From positions 20,162-84,161 of the forward strand of contig CALXCE010000001.1 of assembly GCA_944386725.1 (NCBI GenBank): a DNA stretch of 64,000 nt. Reading direction: 5' to 3'. The DNA comes from an uncultured Clostridia bacterium (GTDB lineage Bacteria > Bacillota > Clostridia > TANB77 > CAG-508). The notes under the pieces were generated by a model. That model was not told the origin of the DNA. It ran no database searches and saw only the letters and a list, made by a program, of their open reading frames with translations. Each line of letters starts with the position of its first letter. The first letter of the stretch is position 1. The translations under genes and the position numbers were made by a program. Of the stretch, positions 29,545-40,593 are shown one piece after another.

Positions 29545-30837
29545 ATGCACAAAATAAAATTATCACTTTCATTTTTTCTTATCATTACTATTATTTTTTC
29601 TTTAACAGTACCATGCTTTGCAGTAGAAACTACTTATGTTTGGTCTAGTACTTCTACTCCAGTCAGTTCTTCTATCACAGAAAATACTACAAATAATGAT
29701 GCAACTACTAACACTAGCAATAACTCTATTGCTACAAATGCAAGTGAAGAAACAAATACTAATACTTTAGATTTAGAATCTCCATCAGCTATTTTAATTG
29801 AACAAACCACTGGTCAAATTTTATATGAGCATAATAGCCATGAACCATTACGACCTGCTTCTGTTACGAAAATAATGAGCATCTTGTTAATTATGGAAGC
29901 ACTTAATGAGAATAAAATTACTTTGAACGATTCGGTTCCTTGTAGCGAAAACGCTGCTTCTATGGGTGGCTCTCAAATTTGGCTAGATCCTAGGGAAACT
30001 TTAACGGTTGATGAAATGCTAAAAGCTATTTGTGTAGCTTCTGCTAACGATTGTGTTGTTGCTATGGCAGAATATATTGCAGGGTCAGAAGAAGTTTTTG
30101 TTCAAATGATGAATGATAAAGCAAAAGTATTAGGTATGAATGATACAACCTTTAAAAATTGTCATGGTCTTGATGAAGATGGGCATGTTACGTCTAGTTA
30201 TGATATTGCTCTAATGTCAAAAGAATTATTAAACAAATATCCTCAAATAACGCAATATACAACTATTTGGACTGATACTTTACGTGATGGAAAGTCAGAA
30301 CTTACAAATACCAATAAATTACTTAGAACCTATAAAGGTGCAACAGGTTTAAAAACTGGCTCTACTGGATTAGCTTTATATAATTTATCTGCTAGTGCTA
30401 CTCGTGATGATTTGTCTTTAATTGCTGTTATCATGAAAGCACCTTCCACTAAAGTTCGCTTTGCAGAAGCTACAAAACTATTAGATTATGGTTTTAATTC
30501 TTTCTCTTTTAAACAATTTGGAAAAAAAGATGAAGTGGTAAAAACCATTTCTGTAGATAAAGGTGTGTGTTCGACTGTTGATGCTGTCTTATCAGAAAAT
30601 AGCGGTACTTTAGTTAAAAAAGGAAATGATAAAAATATCGAACAAAATTTGATTTTGGAGGATAATATTTCTGCTCCCATAAGTAGAGGTCAAAAATTAG
30701 GGGAAGTTTCTTTTGTTTTAGATGGTAAAACCTTATCTTCTGTAGATATTGTTGCAAAAGCGGATGTGGATAAAATCAATTTATTTACAATGTCTAAGAA
30801 GGTTGTTTATTCTTGGATAGATTTATTAAGGAGCTGA
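29545..30837 (+). CDS. Serine-type D-Ala-D-Ala carboxypeptidase (PBP5/DacB-DacF family)
   Basis: 430 aa; signal peptide, active-site SVTK, SAN(D), KTG motifs. Confidence 0.85.
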   Translation: MHKIKLSLSFFLIITIIFSLTVPCFAVETTYVWSSTSTPVSSSITENTTNNDATTNTSNNSIATNASEETNTNTLDLESPSAILIEQTTGQILYEHNSHEPLRPASVTKIMSILLIMEALNENKITLNDSVPCSENAASMGGSQIWLDPRETLTVDEMLKAICVASANDCVVAMAEYIAGSEEVFVQMMNDKAKVLGMNDTTFKNCHGLDEDGHVTSSYDIALMSKELLNKYPQITQYTTIWTDTLRDGKSELTNTNKLLRTYKGATGLKTGSTGLALYNLSASATRDDLSLIAVIMKAPSTKVRFAEATKLLDYGFNSFSFKQFGKKDEVVKTISVDKGVCSTVDAVLSENSGTLVKKGNDKNIEQNLILEDNISAPISRGQKLGEVSFVLDGKTLSSVDIVAKADVDKINLFTMSKKVVYSWIDLLRS

Positions 30838-30921
30838 ATTTAGTAATTCAACTCCTTATTTTCTTTTTTGTCAATGTTTCTTTTTTATTATTTTTTTAAT
30901 ACTCTTACCTATTTTTTCCTC

Positions 30922-32349
30922 CTAATCTGCCATAGTTGACATGGCTGGATCAATTAGTATTGTTTCTCCATTATCCAACTTATAATAATATGGTTCTGCT
31001 GATTCTATGCCTTGTTGGTAATTAGATTCATCATAAACCTTCTGATTTTGGTTTATTGCATTTGCATTATTGGTCATATTATTATCTATGGTATTGTCAA
31101 ATCCAAAGTCTTGTGATATTTCATTTTCTCCTATCCCTAATCCACCTTTTTCACTCTTACCTAATCTATAAATTGTATTATCCTTATCAATCAATATAAC
31201 ATAATCCTCTGTTATTCCCATTAATTTTATATTTTTTACATTCAATTTAATTGGGATTGTTTTATAATAATCTGAATATCCATCCGTTTTTGCTAGATTT
31301 TCAATAGAATATCCAAAATTATAAACTGTACCATCTTCTTTTAAGATTAATACTTTTTCAGATGAGTTGCTCATTTTAGCATGTGTTATATTTTTTATAT
31401 CTTTTAAAATACATTCATCATTATAATATAGATCATTATTCTCGTCTATTATAAAATATTTCTGTTCTTCTTGTGAAAGCCATTCAAAACAATATATCTC
31501 TTTTATTTTTATTGTTGTTTCTATTTTAGTTAATTCTTTGCTTTTATTGGTGTTTAAGGTATAAGCCGTCCCATCTTCTTTAATAATAAAAGCTTCAGAC
31601 GTTCCCTTTGGCCTTATGGATTTTACATTAGGTATATCAAGATCTATCGGTTTTGTTGCCCAACCATTCACTTCATCAGTTAGTGCTTCAAAATCAAATC
31701 CTAAACCTAATATATTGCCTTCTTCTGCTTTAAAGAAATAATTATGACCTATTAGAAATATATCGGTTATCTTTTTATTTTCAATTTTCAATATGTCATC
31801 ATAGCCAGAATAATCACTTCTAGTTGCATATCCCCAATAATAAGCTATATTATCATTACTTAGGGCAGCTGCTTGATTATCTTTTGTATATATCTCTTTG
31901 ATATTACTAATATTTAATTTTTTAGGTGTATCATCTATTCCGTAAACTTCTCTACCCAGCTGTCCATAATCATTTCCACCCCAAGAATATACTTCTCCAT
32001 TTTTAGTTAATGCTAATATAAAATTACTTCCAACTGATATTTTATCTACATTTTCTATATTAACCCTAGTAAAATTATCTCTTTGTAATCCATATATATA
32101 GTCATCATTATAATAGAAATTACTTCCTGCTACCCATACAGTACCATCTTCATATAAAATTACCGAATATGACTTTCCTACTTGGAAATCTTTTATTTCC
32201 TTTTGGTCATTTGGAAATTCCGCATCCAATATAAATGCTTTGTTTTGTTTATAATCTTCAATAAGATTTGGTGATCCTTTAATTATCACTATTGCTATAC
32301 TTGAAACTAATATTATTATGATTATGATTGGTATTATCCACTTTTTCAT
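30922..32349 (-). CDS. Membrane-anchored RCC1-like beta-propeller repeat protein
   Basis: 475 aa; N-terminal TM; repeat with SWGGNDYGQLG signature. Confidence 0.55.
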   Translation of the reverse strand: MKKWIIPIIIIIILVSSIAIVIIKGSPNLIEDYKQNKAFILDAEFPNDQKEIKDFQVGKSYSVILYEDGTVWVAGSNFYYNDDYIYGLQRDNFTRVNIENVDKISVGSNFILALTKNGEVYSWGGNDYGQLGREVYGIDDTPKKLNISNIKEIYTKDNQAAALSNDNIAYYWGYATRSDYSGYDDILKIENKKITDIFLIGHNYFFKAEEGNILGLGFDFEALTDEVNGWATKPIDLDIPNVKSIRPKGTSEAFIIKEDGTAYTLNTNKSKELTKIETTIKIKEIYCFEWLSQEEQKYFIIDENNDLYYNDECILKDIKNITHAKMSNSSEKVLILKEDGTVYNFGYSIENLAKTDGYSDYYKTIPIKLNVKNIKLMGITEDYVILIDKDNTIYRLGKSEKGGLGIGENEISQDFGFDNTIDNNMTNNANAINQNQKVYDESNYQQGIESAEPYYYKLDNGETILIDPAMSTMAD

Positions 32350-32423
32350 AGAATTCCCCTATCTTTCAAGTTTTACTGTTTTCATGAATTTTTTTATTGT
32401 TCCCTCTCTTTTTATAATATCTA

Positions 32424-34149
32424 TTAACGGAAACCTCCTCCGGCCTCCGCCTCCGCCGAAGGAACCGCCACCTCCTCCGCCTGATGAAAATCCGCCTCCA
32501 CCAGATGAATAACTTCTAGCTCTTGATTCCGCATTTCTTGCTGTAGAAATACCATGTGCTGTATATGCATTAATTAAAATAATATTATCATAAGAATTAA
32601 AATTAGATTGCTCTATAACTTCTGGATAGACCTCTTTGAAGTCTTTTGCAACTTGTTTTGCTATTCCCATCATTTGAGCATAAATCAAGTATTCCTCAAA
32701 TAATGTTACCTCTATTGCTTCTCTATCTTTTATTAATGTATATTCTTTTAAATATTTTTTTAAACCAGCCAGTTGAACTGCTTCTTGTTTTAATTGTGGG
32801 GTTGCAGTCTTAATCTTATTCTTAAAAATTATAAACTTTTTCTTTTCTTCTACAGTGATTAATCCCTCTTGTATTAATTTTTTTTCTTGTTCACTCAATA
32901 TATCATCAAACCATCTTAGCACCTTCGAATAACTCTTATTACACCATTTTTCAAACTCTTTATTTTCTAATATTCCATCTTGACTTGCAGTATTTAGCAT
33001 ATTAAATAAATTTCTCTCTGTTTCATTTGTAATAGTAAAACTTGGATTTGTTTCATTTAAATAAATTACAATATTATCTTTTTTGAATATACTTGTTTCT
33101 TCTTTTTTCTCTATTCTTATAACAGAATCTTTAATCCATTTTAATATAATCGCACCTAACAAATCTGTTTTCTTTTTTAATAATCCATAACTATATCCTA
33201 TATAGTATGCTCTAAAAATATTTTTGTTACATGGTATATCTCTATAATATGGTAAGTCTGATGGCATTTTTTTGCCTTTTTTCCCAAAATGTAATTTGGA
33301 TGCATTTGCAGTTGATATCGCTATCCCGGTTATGAAAACAACAAGGAATATTGGCAATATATTAAGTAAAATTGCAAATATATCAATAATTTTAGTTATA
33401 AAACTTACTGGTTTCTCATTATATTTGGTAGAACCTTCTTCAGCCATTTCAAGGTAATAATCAAAGTCATGATTTAATGAATTTGAAGTATGAAATGTAT
33501 TGCTTGGAAATTTTACTAATATTGTCATATATTCATTTGTTGAAAGCATTCCATCTGATTGCATTTCTATATATCCATCATATACATAAGCCGTTCCACC
33601 ATAATTTCCATATCCCCATACATCTATTGAATTTTGTATATCAAAATCTGTATGAATCTTTATATATACATTTCCTATAGAATTAGAAAAATCTTGTGGT
33701 ATTAATGTCCAATAAATCATTTGAGAATCGTTTAATTCTGCAACAAAATTACTAATTGTATAGCTTACCTCATATATATGTGAACCATAATTATTCATTC
33801 CCCAACATAATTCTACACCATTTGTAATTTTATTAATTCCGCATTTATATGATTTCTCTGACAATGTTCCTGATGTATTCCACGATGATAAGGTTTGATA
33901 AGTTCGTCCATTTTCTTTTACTGTTAAGTTTTCTATTTCTGATTTTCCTAAGTTGTAATATGGATGATACACTTCTGTTCCACTATTGGTAGTGCAAGAC
34001 CAAGTTTCATTAATCGTTGCATTTCCATTATTGTCCACGTAAATATCCATAGAAATTCTACTGATTGTATTTGCTTCTACATTTTTACAAATACTGAAAA
34101 TTAATAGACAAAATATAAATACCAAAGAAATTTTTAATATTTTTTTCAT
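32424..34149 (-). CDS. DUF2207-like membrane protein with Gly-rich C-terminus; natural end only with +1 shift at in-frame CGG 32440-32442
   Basis: 0-frame runs on as RRRFPLIDIIKREG... into the next gene's upstream region; GGC C|GGA GGA GGT TTC CGT TAA ends ...GGGGGGGGFR*; length 1726 = 3n+1. Confidence 0.7.
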
Positions 34150-34264
34150 ACATATCCCCCTTTATTTTTCTTCCGTTATTATATCATATAAAATAAGAAA
34201 TCTATATATTTTTTTGTTTTTTTATATTTTTAAGCTAAAAAAAAGAGCAAGATATCTTACTCTT

Positions 34265-34873
34265 TTATTCATCTTCTATTGTCGAATTATATTCAAACTC
34301 ATAAGTTTCTTTTTGGCTTTCTGGTTCTTTGTTTTTCTTAACTTTTTCTACTTCTTTTTCAATCTTTTTTTCAATTGCTTTTTTATCTTCTTCTTCTTTT
34401 TTCATACTTTTATTGTGCTTGTTTTGCATTTCCTTTAATATTTTCTGTGTCTCTTCTTTTTTATTTTGCATACAACGATTCATCATATTATTTGTCTTTT
34501 CTATTAAGTCTGGCATATAATCTAATAGCTTATCTAAAGAAGAGGTGTGATTTACTGGCATTAATTTTACATTGTTAGATTGGATAACAAGAAAAGCAAC
34601 CGGATTAATCGTTACACCTGCTCCACTACCACCACCAAATGGTAATCGATATTGAATTGCTTCTTCTTTTTCTCTTTTTGTATATTCGTCTATTGTTTCC
34701 CCTTTAAATTCACTACCTCCTGCCGCAAATCCAAATGATACTTTTGATATGGGAATAATAACAATGTTATTTGAGGTTTCTATTGGTTCACCAATAATAG
34801 TATTTACGTCTATCATATCTTGAATACTATTCATAGCTGTAACCATAAGACCTTCTATGGGATGTTCGCTCAT
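34265..34873 (-). CDS. ytfJ: Sporulation protein YtfJ/GerW family with Lys/Glu-rich C-terminal extension
   Basis: IIGEPIE...IIPISKVSFGFAAGGSEF...LPFGGGSGAGVTINPVAFLVI. Confidence 0.8.
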   Translation of the reverse strand: MSEHPIEGLMVTAMNSIQDMIDVNTIIGEPIETSNNIVIIPISKVSFGFAAGGSEFKGETIDEYTKREKEEAIQYRLPFGGGSGAGVTINPVAFLVIQSNNVKLMPVNHTSSLDKLLDYMPDLIEKTNNMMNRCMQNKKEETQKILKEMQNKHNKSMKKEEEDKKAIEKKIEKEVEKVKKNKEPESQKETYEFEYNSTIEDE

Positions 34874-35453
34874 ATTCCTTCACTCCTTTTTTCTCTTTTT
34901 TATTTAAAATATAAATGATATTTATAATATGGCTCATTTTTATTTCAAATATACCTGAAACAGTTAGATTTACCAAATTTTGATTTTGATAAATAGGGTT
35001 AATAATAAATATTTGATTTTCAAATTTTTTTACTTTTTTACGGAATACAATAGCAATTATTGTACTAATAGCTGGTACAATAATGGAAGTTAAACTAGCA
35101 TTTTCCGTTCCTATATCAATATGCAAATTAATATTTTTAATAGAAAGATTTAAATTTTTCATTGCTTTTAAAATTCTTTTATCCAATTTATAATTGTCTT
35201 CTAATAGTTTAAAATCTATATTTTTTATTTTTTCTTTCCATTTTATTTTTTCTAATTTTGTTTTGGTAATATTTATTTTAAAAATAGGTATTAAACCAAA
35301 AGCATTTAACTTAATAATAATTTTATAATCTTTATTGATATGTCTTTGTAGCTGTGAGTTAAATTTAAAATTGATAATCTGTATTCTTATTTTTGAGAAA
35401 ATTAAAATAATTACGAATAGGATAATTGCTATACATACAAAAAGAAAAACCAA
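34827..35453 (-). CDS. DUF2953-like (YtfI-like) sporulation membrane protein
   Basis: 208 aa, TTG start behind AAAGGAGG, N-terminal TM, position upstream of ytfJ. Confidence 0.5.
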   Translation of the reverse strand: MVFLFVCIAIILFVIILIFSKIRIQIINFKFNSQLQRHINKDYKIIIKLNAFGLIPIFKINITKTKLEKIKWKEKIKNIDFKLLEDNYKLDKRILKAMKNLNLSIKNINLHIDIGTENASLTSIIVPAISTIIAIVFRKKVKKFENQIFIINPIYQNQNLVNLTVSGIFEIKMSHIINIIYILNKKEKKGVKEYERTSHRRSYGYSYE

Positions 35454-35518
35454 TAGAAACGCCTCCTTTTTTGGAGCTTTTTATTAGTTTTTCCATTTTT
35501 TTCTTTTTTAAACATAAT

Positions 35519-36271
35519 TTAACTTATTTTTTTAGTTTTTTCTACTGTAATATCGCCAAATAACTCTTCTTGACTTGTCTCTACTTTACTTCTTCTTGAT
35601 AATTCTAGTAATCCAGAAAAAGCAGTAACTATTTCTTGTTTATTATGTTGTTTAATAGAAAATAGTTTATTGAAAACAAATCTTTTTTGTTTTACTAAAA
35701 CCTTATACATTTCTTTTACTTTACTTGCTACTGTATAATTATCAGTAATTGCTATTTTTTCTATGTTTTTAGCATTTTGATTTAATTTAACATTATTTCT
35801 TTCTATTATTTTTTTATAAATATCTGGTATTATATTATTTTCATAATTTTTTTCTAATTTTTGTTTTGGTAATTCTATTTCCTCTTGTCCTTTAAAATAT
35901 CTCCTAGAAAAGTCAAGATAATTGTTCCTCAATGTTTTACTAATTTCTTTAAATTTCTTATATTCTATAATTCTACGAATTAATTCTTCTTCTGTTAATT
36001 CCTCTTCTTCTTCCTCTTGTTTTGGTAATAGATTTTTAGATTTTAGATATAGTAAAGTAGAAGCCATCACTAGAAATTCACTTGCTATTTCTAGATTTAA
36101 CTTCTCTTGTTCCTTCAAGTAGTCAATATACTGGTCTGCAATTTGGCTTAAGTTGATATCATAAATACTCATCTTATTTTTGTCAATCAAATGACATAAT
36201 AAATCTAATGGTCCTTCAAAACTTTCAATTTTAATTGCATATTTTTTTGTTTCTAATGTTAAGATTGCCAT
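35519..36271 (-). CDS. scpA: Segregation and condensation protein A
   Basis: 250 aa; FEGPLDLLLHLI-type N-terminus (FEGPLDLLCHLIDKNKMSIYDI). Confidence 0.85.
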   Translation of the reverse strand: MAILTLETKKYAIKIESFEGPLDLLCHLIDKNKMSIYDINLSQIADQYIDYLKEQEKLNLEIASEFLVMASTLLYLKSKNLLPKQEEEEEELTEEELIRRIIEYKKFKEISKTLRNNYLDFSRRYFKGQEEIELPKQKLEKNYENNIIPDIYKKIIERNNVKLNQNAKNIEKIAITDNYTVASKVKEMYKVLVKQKRFVFNKLFSIKQHNKQEIVTAFSGLLELSRRSKVETSQEELFGDITVEKTKKIS

Positions 36272-36281
36272 GTTCTTCTCC

Positions 36282-36725
36282 TTATTTTTCTATTGCTTTG
36301 TTTATATTTTCTAATTTGTATCCCTTTTTTAACAAGAATTGTTTTATTTTTTCTTGCTCCATGGATATGGATTTTTTATATAAGATATTTTCTGCTGATT
36401 TTATTTCATATTGTTCTAATTCTTCTCTATGTTCAAATATATAATCTTCTATATCATTTTTGCTTAATCCTTTTGCCATTAATTTATATTGCATTTCTTT
36501 TATAGAGAAATTTTTCAATAGCATAAAATTATGAACAGTTTTTTCGATAAATTCTTTATCATCAATATATTTTGCTTCTTTTAAATATTCTATAATGTTT
36601 TCTAGCATATTTTCATCGATTGTCGTTAAAAATTTATTACGTACTTCTTGTTCTGTTCTTTTTTTGTATAGAATATATTTTAATACTTTTGTTTTTTGTT
36701 TATCAAATTCTTCTATCGTATACAT
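36282..36725 (-). CDS. recX: RecX-like regulatory protein
   Basis: 147-aa helical-repeat ORF downstream of recA; assignment by size, composition and synteny. Confidence 0.6.
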   Translation of the reverse strand: MYTIEEFDKQKTKVLKYILYKKRTEQEVRNKFLTTIDENMLENIIEYLKEAKYIDDKEFIEKTVHNFMLLKNFSIKEMQYKLMAKGLSKNDIEDYIFEHREELEQYEIKSAENILYKKSISMEQEKIKQFLLKKGYKLENINKAIEK

Positions 36726-36783
36726 ATTTTTCCTTTCTTTTTTCTCATTTTACTATAATTGAGAAAAAATAGCAAGATAATTT

Positions 36784-37248
36784 TAATTTTTTGAGTTTCG
36801 GTTTTTTTCATCATGTGATGCCAGCCCTTTGTGGGGTGAAGATGGTTGGATTTTTAAAATTACCGCTTGATTGGAACGAGAAATAGAAATTGTTAAGTAG
36901 AAAAATGAGGAATATTCAGGGCAATTGCTTATTTCTATATTTTTCATAAATTCTTCGGTTCCCTACATAAGCAAAGAAATTCTAAAATCATTTTATGGCA
37001 CCCTTCCACGCACAAGGCGTGAACTCTTTCCATAAAATAATTAAAGAATTTCTAAACTTATTTTGGGTCACATTTATCATTTATTCAAAATATAGAAATA
37101 AGGAATTGAGCATGAAAGAGGCTCATCTTCCTACTATACAATTTCTTTTCAAAGTGGAGTGAATAAGGTGATTTTAAAAATCCAACCATCTTCACCCCAC
37201 AAAGGGCTGGCATCACATGATGAAAAAAACCGAAACTCAAAAATTTTA
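36784..37248. mobile_element. 465-bp foldback (MITE-like) element: ~75-bp perfect terminal inverted repeats, imperfectly paired interior, apex hairpin CACGC-ACAAG-GCGTG
   Basis: Arms TTTTTGAGTTTCGGTTTTTTTCATCATGTGATGCCAGCCCTTTGTGGGGTGAAGATGGTTGGATTTTTAAAAT read on both ends; candidate 7-bp TSD TTTTAAT; no ORF of 60 aa or more inside. Confidence 0.75.
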
Positions 37249-37258
37249 ATTTAAGTTA

Positions 37259-37300
37259 AAGGCTAAATAAACAATATATATCACTTATTTAGCCTCTCAA
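37259..37300 (-). terminator. Rho-independent terminator after recA
   Basis: AGGCTAAATAA/TTATTTAGCCT stem then T-rich tract on minus strand. Confidence 0.55.
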
Positions 37301-37315
37301 TAAATTATTTAATTT

Positions 37316-38368
37316 TTACTTTTCTGTATCAGCGTCTTCAGCACCTGGTAATTCTTCACCTAGACTTTGCTCAAAAGCTTTTGCAAAGTTTTCTCTTACT
37401 TTTGTTTCTACTTCTTCTAGGATATCTGGATTATCTTGTAAATATTTTTTAACATTTTCTCTACCTTGACCAATTCTTTCTCCATTATAACTAAACCAAG
37501 AACCTGCTTTCTCGATAATGTCTAAATTAACAGCCATATCCAAAATGTTACCCGCTTTCGAAATTCCTTCTCCGTAAACTACATCAAATTCTGCTTCTCT
37601 AAATGGTGGTGCTACTTTATTTTTTACTACTTTAACACGCACACGACTTCCTTTAAATTCTCCATCTTGTTTGATATTTTCTGTTTTTCTGATATCCATT
37701 CTAACAGAAGCATAGAATTTTAAGGCTCTACCACCTGTTGTTGTTTCTGGATTTCCAAACATAACTCCAATTTTTTCTCTTAATTGGTTAATAAAAATTA
37801 AGACCGTTTTCGATTTGTTAATTGCTCCTGCTAATTTTCTTAAGGCCTGTGACATTAATCTTGCTTGTAATCCCATATGGGAATCTCCCATGTCACCATC
37901 AATTTCTGCTTTTGGTACTAAGGCTGCAACAGAGTCAACGACAATAACATCTAGTGCTCCACTTCTTACTAAGCTTTCTGTAATTTCTAATGCTTGTTCT
38001 CCTGTATCTGGTTGAGATACAATTAAATTATCGATATCTACACCTAATTTTTTTGAATATACTGGGTCTAGTGCATGTTCTGCATCAATAAATGCTGCTT
38101 CTCCTCCCATTTTTTGTGCCTCAGCAATAATGTGTAATGCTAATGTTGTTTTACCAGAAGATTCTGGTCCATATATTTCTATAATTCTACCTCTTGGTAC
38201 TCCTCCAATTCCTAATGCAATATCTAAGCTTAAAGCTCCTGTTGGTATTGCTTCTATTTCCATGGCTTTGAATTCTCCTAATTTCATGACAGAACCTTTA
38301 CCAAATTGCTTCTCAATTTGGCTCATAGCCATCTCTAATGCCTTCTTTTTTTCTGTATTTTCTTCCAT
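37316..38368 (-). CDS. recA: Recombinase RecA
   Basis: 350 aa; GPESSGKTT Walker [10 protein letters not shown], canonical RecA sequence throughout. Confidence 0.97.
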   Translation of the reverse strand: MEENTEKKKALEMAMSQIEKQFGKGSVMKLGEFKAMEIEAIPTGALSLDIALGIGGVPRGRIIEIYGPESSGKTTLALHIIAEAQKMGGEAAFIDAEHALDPVYSKKLGVDIDNLIVSQPDTGEQALEITESLVRSGALDVIVVDSVAALVPKAEIDGDMGDSHMGLQARLMSQALRKLAGAINKSKTVLIFINQLREKIGVMFGNPETTTGGRALKFYASVRMDIRKTENIKQDGEFKGSRVRVKVVKNKVAPPFREAEFDVVYGEGISKAGNILDMAVNLDIIEKAGSWFSYNGERIGQGRENVKKYLQDNPDILEEVETKVRENFAKAFEQSLGEELPGAEDADTEK

Positions 38369-38389
38369 AAATTTTCCTCCTTAATTTTT

Positions 38390-38438
38390 GAACTTTTGTT
38401 TGATGTCTTTATTATATATCAAAAATTTGTTTTGTCAA
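38390..38438 (-). promoter_or_regulatory. recA promoter (TTGACA 38433-38438, TATAAT 38411-38416) with LexA/Cheo-like box GAACTTTTGTTT at 38390-38401
   Basis: Perfect -35 and -10 hexamers with 16-nt spacer; GAAC-N4-GTTT matches Firmicute SOS-box consensus in 11/12 positions. Confidence 0.6.
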
Positions 38439-38465
38439 TACTTTTTTAAATTTTTATAAAAAACA

Positions 38466-40046
38466 TTATTTATACCATCCTTCTATCCCATAAAACTGAT
38501 AAAACCAATTAGGTGTAAATTCTCCTACTAACTCCGAACTATATGCCACTGTGTATTTGTTATTATATAAGCTAATATATGGTGCATCAGATTTATAAAT
38601 TTCTGCTAGTCTTACATATTTTTCTTGTAAAATATTTTCGTCTGTTGTGTTTTTCACTTCATTCATAATATTAGTAACTTCCTCATTTGAATAATTTGCC
38701 AAATTTCCTTCTCCAAAATAAGTAGTAAGATTTGGACTTGGAGATAATGTCATGCTACATAACGCAATATCATAATTTTTGCTATTGATGCTATTGCTAT
38801 ATTGTTCATCTGATGCTTGGACAATATTAATTCGAATGCCTTGATTTTCTAATTGCTGTTTTATATTTTCGGCAACTGCTACTTTAGAAGAATCACTAGC
38901 TTTTACTAGGAGATTTAATGTCAATCTTTGTGTTCTATAATTTTCTGTTTTTTGCCAATATTCAGAGATATACCTCCAATCATTATCAATTAAAATTTGT
39001 TTCGCTTGTTCTAAATTATAACCACTACTTGCCTCTTGTCCTTGTGATAAGTAGCTCCCATAATCTAAAGGAAAGCTACTAGAGTAACATTTATTATTAA
39101 ATATATTAGAAACAATATTTTCCTTGTCAATAGAATAGGATATTGCCTTTCTTACTTCTTGTTTTGATAGAAAATAATTTTGCGTGTTTAGTGCTAGAAA
39201 AGTATGTTCTCTTCCTTTTAATTCTTTTGAGCTATATCCTATGGTTCCTATATAATCTTGTAGATTGTCATTTGTAGTGGAAATTAAATCAATATTTCCT
39301 AATTTGAAACTGTTATATAATTCACCAATAGAAGAATATAAGTTTACGGTAATCTTTTCAATAGTTAAGTTTTTCTCTTTATTCCACCAGCTAGTATTTT
39401 TTTCTAAAATGATATAAGATGATTGCACTTCTGAAATTTTATATTTTCCTGTCCCTGCTGGTGAACTATTTTTTTCGGTATTTACAAAGTCTTCAGCTTC
39501 ATAATAATCTTTTGATAAGATAGGAAAGTTTAATTGATATTCAAAAAAAGGTACTTCTCTGTCTAAATTGATTTTTATAGTATAATCATCTACAATATCT
39601 ATTCCTATTACATATTGTACATTATAAGAATAAATAGAAGATACCTCTTTTAAACGGTCAATGGTAAATCTAACATCCTCTGCTGTGAATCTCTCTCCGT
39701 TGCTCCATTTTACATTTTCTCTCAATTTTATGAGATAAGAATTATCGCTTTGCTTGGCCCATTCTGTCGCTAAACAAGGCTCTAGCTTGTAATTCGCAGT
39801 TAAAGTAATTAATGGATCATAAATCAATTTTGAAATATCTTGTACGTTTTTATTATTACTAAGAACTGGATTGATTGTGTCAAACTCAGCAATCCCAAAT
39901 GTTAATTCTGTGACTTTTTCTTCTTCATTACTTGCTTGTTCTAATTTCTGTTGTGTTTCTTCATCTTGTTTTATTTTATAAACAGCAAATAGTAAAATAA
40001 CAATAATAAAAATAATAAAAACATATTTAATCCAATTTGATTTCAT
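38466..40046 (-). CDS. ABC transporter substrate-binding protein, family 5 (peptide/nickel type), orphan
   Basis: 526 aa; N-terminal anchor; family-5 SBP-like WSNGERFTAEDV motif; no permease genes adjacent. Confidence 0.75.
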   Translation of the reverse strand: MKSNWIKYVFIIFIIVILLFAVYKIKQDEETQQKLEQASNEEEKVTELTFGIAEFDTINPVLSNNKNVQDISKLIYDPLITLTANYKLEPCLATEWAKQSDNSYLIKLRENVKWSNGERFTAEDVRFTIDRLKEVSSIYSYNVQYVIGIDIVDDYTIKINLDREVPFFEYQLNFPILSKDYYEAEDFVNTEKNSSPAGTGKYKISEVQSSYIILEKNTSWWNKEKNLTIEKITVNLYSSIGELYNSFKLGNIDLISTTNDNLQDYIGTIGYSSKELKGREHTFLALNTQNYFLSKQEVRKAISYSIDKENIVSNIFNNKCYSSSFPLDYGSYLSQGQEASSGYNLEQAKQILIDNDWRYISEYWQKTENYRTQRLTLNLLVKASDSSKVAVAENIKQQLENQGIRINIVQASDEQYSNSINSKNYDIALCSMTLSPSPNLTTYFGEGNLANYSNEEVTNIMNEVKNTTDENILQEKYVRLAEIYKSDAPYISLYNNKYTVAYSSELVGEFTPNWFYQFYGIEGWYK

Positions 40047-40177
40047 ATTCCACCTCTATTCTTTTGCTATCATACCTTAAATCAAATTAATTTTCAAGAT
40101 ATTTATAGGAATTTGTTTGAAATTATAAAACAAAACGGACTGTAGTAGGTACAGCCCGCCTTTTTATTTTTCAATTT

Positions 40178-40441
40178 TTAAGTTCTTGATTCTACAATTA
40201 ATTTGATACCTGTTCGATCCTCTCCTTCGACCTCCACTTCTGCAAATGCTGGTATACAAACTAAATCTACTCCTGCTGGTGCAACAAATCCTCTTGCTAT
40301 TGCCACTGCTTTTACTGCCTGATTCAATGCTCCTGCTCCGATTGCTTGCATTTCTGCCTTATTTGATTCTTTTACTAATCCAGCTATCGCTCCTGCGACT
40401 GAATTAGGATTTGATTTTGATGAAATTTTTAAAATTTCCAT
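40178..40441 (-). CDS. spoVS: Stage V sporulation protein S
   Basis: 87 aa; MEILKISSKSNPNSVAGAIAG...AIGAGALNQAVKAVAIARGF. Confidence 0.9.
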   Translation of the reverse strand: MEILKISSKSNPNSVAGAIAGLVKESNKAEMQAIGAGALNQAVKAVAIARGFVAPAGVDLVCIPAFAEVEVEGEDRTGIKLIVESRT

Positions 40442-40593
40442 TTTCTTTTGCCTCCTATAATTTTTATTTTTTGTTGCAACTTTTACGATTGTTATTTTAT
40501 ATTATATGGAAAATTTTGTAAAGTATTTTTTGGAAATTTTTAGGTAATCTCATCGCATTTTTTTTCTTGTTTCGACAAACCTTTTCAAATATC

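Noticed and set aside
32318-32512. Plus-strand ORF encoding a proline-rich tail (PPPPPKEPPPPPPDENPPPPDE)
   Set aside because: It is the antisense reading of the Gly-rich (GGN)n C-terminus of the DUF2207 gene.
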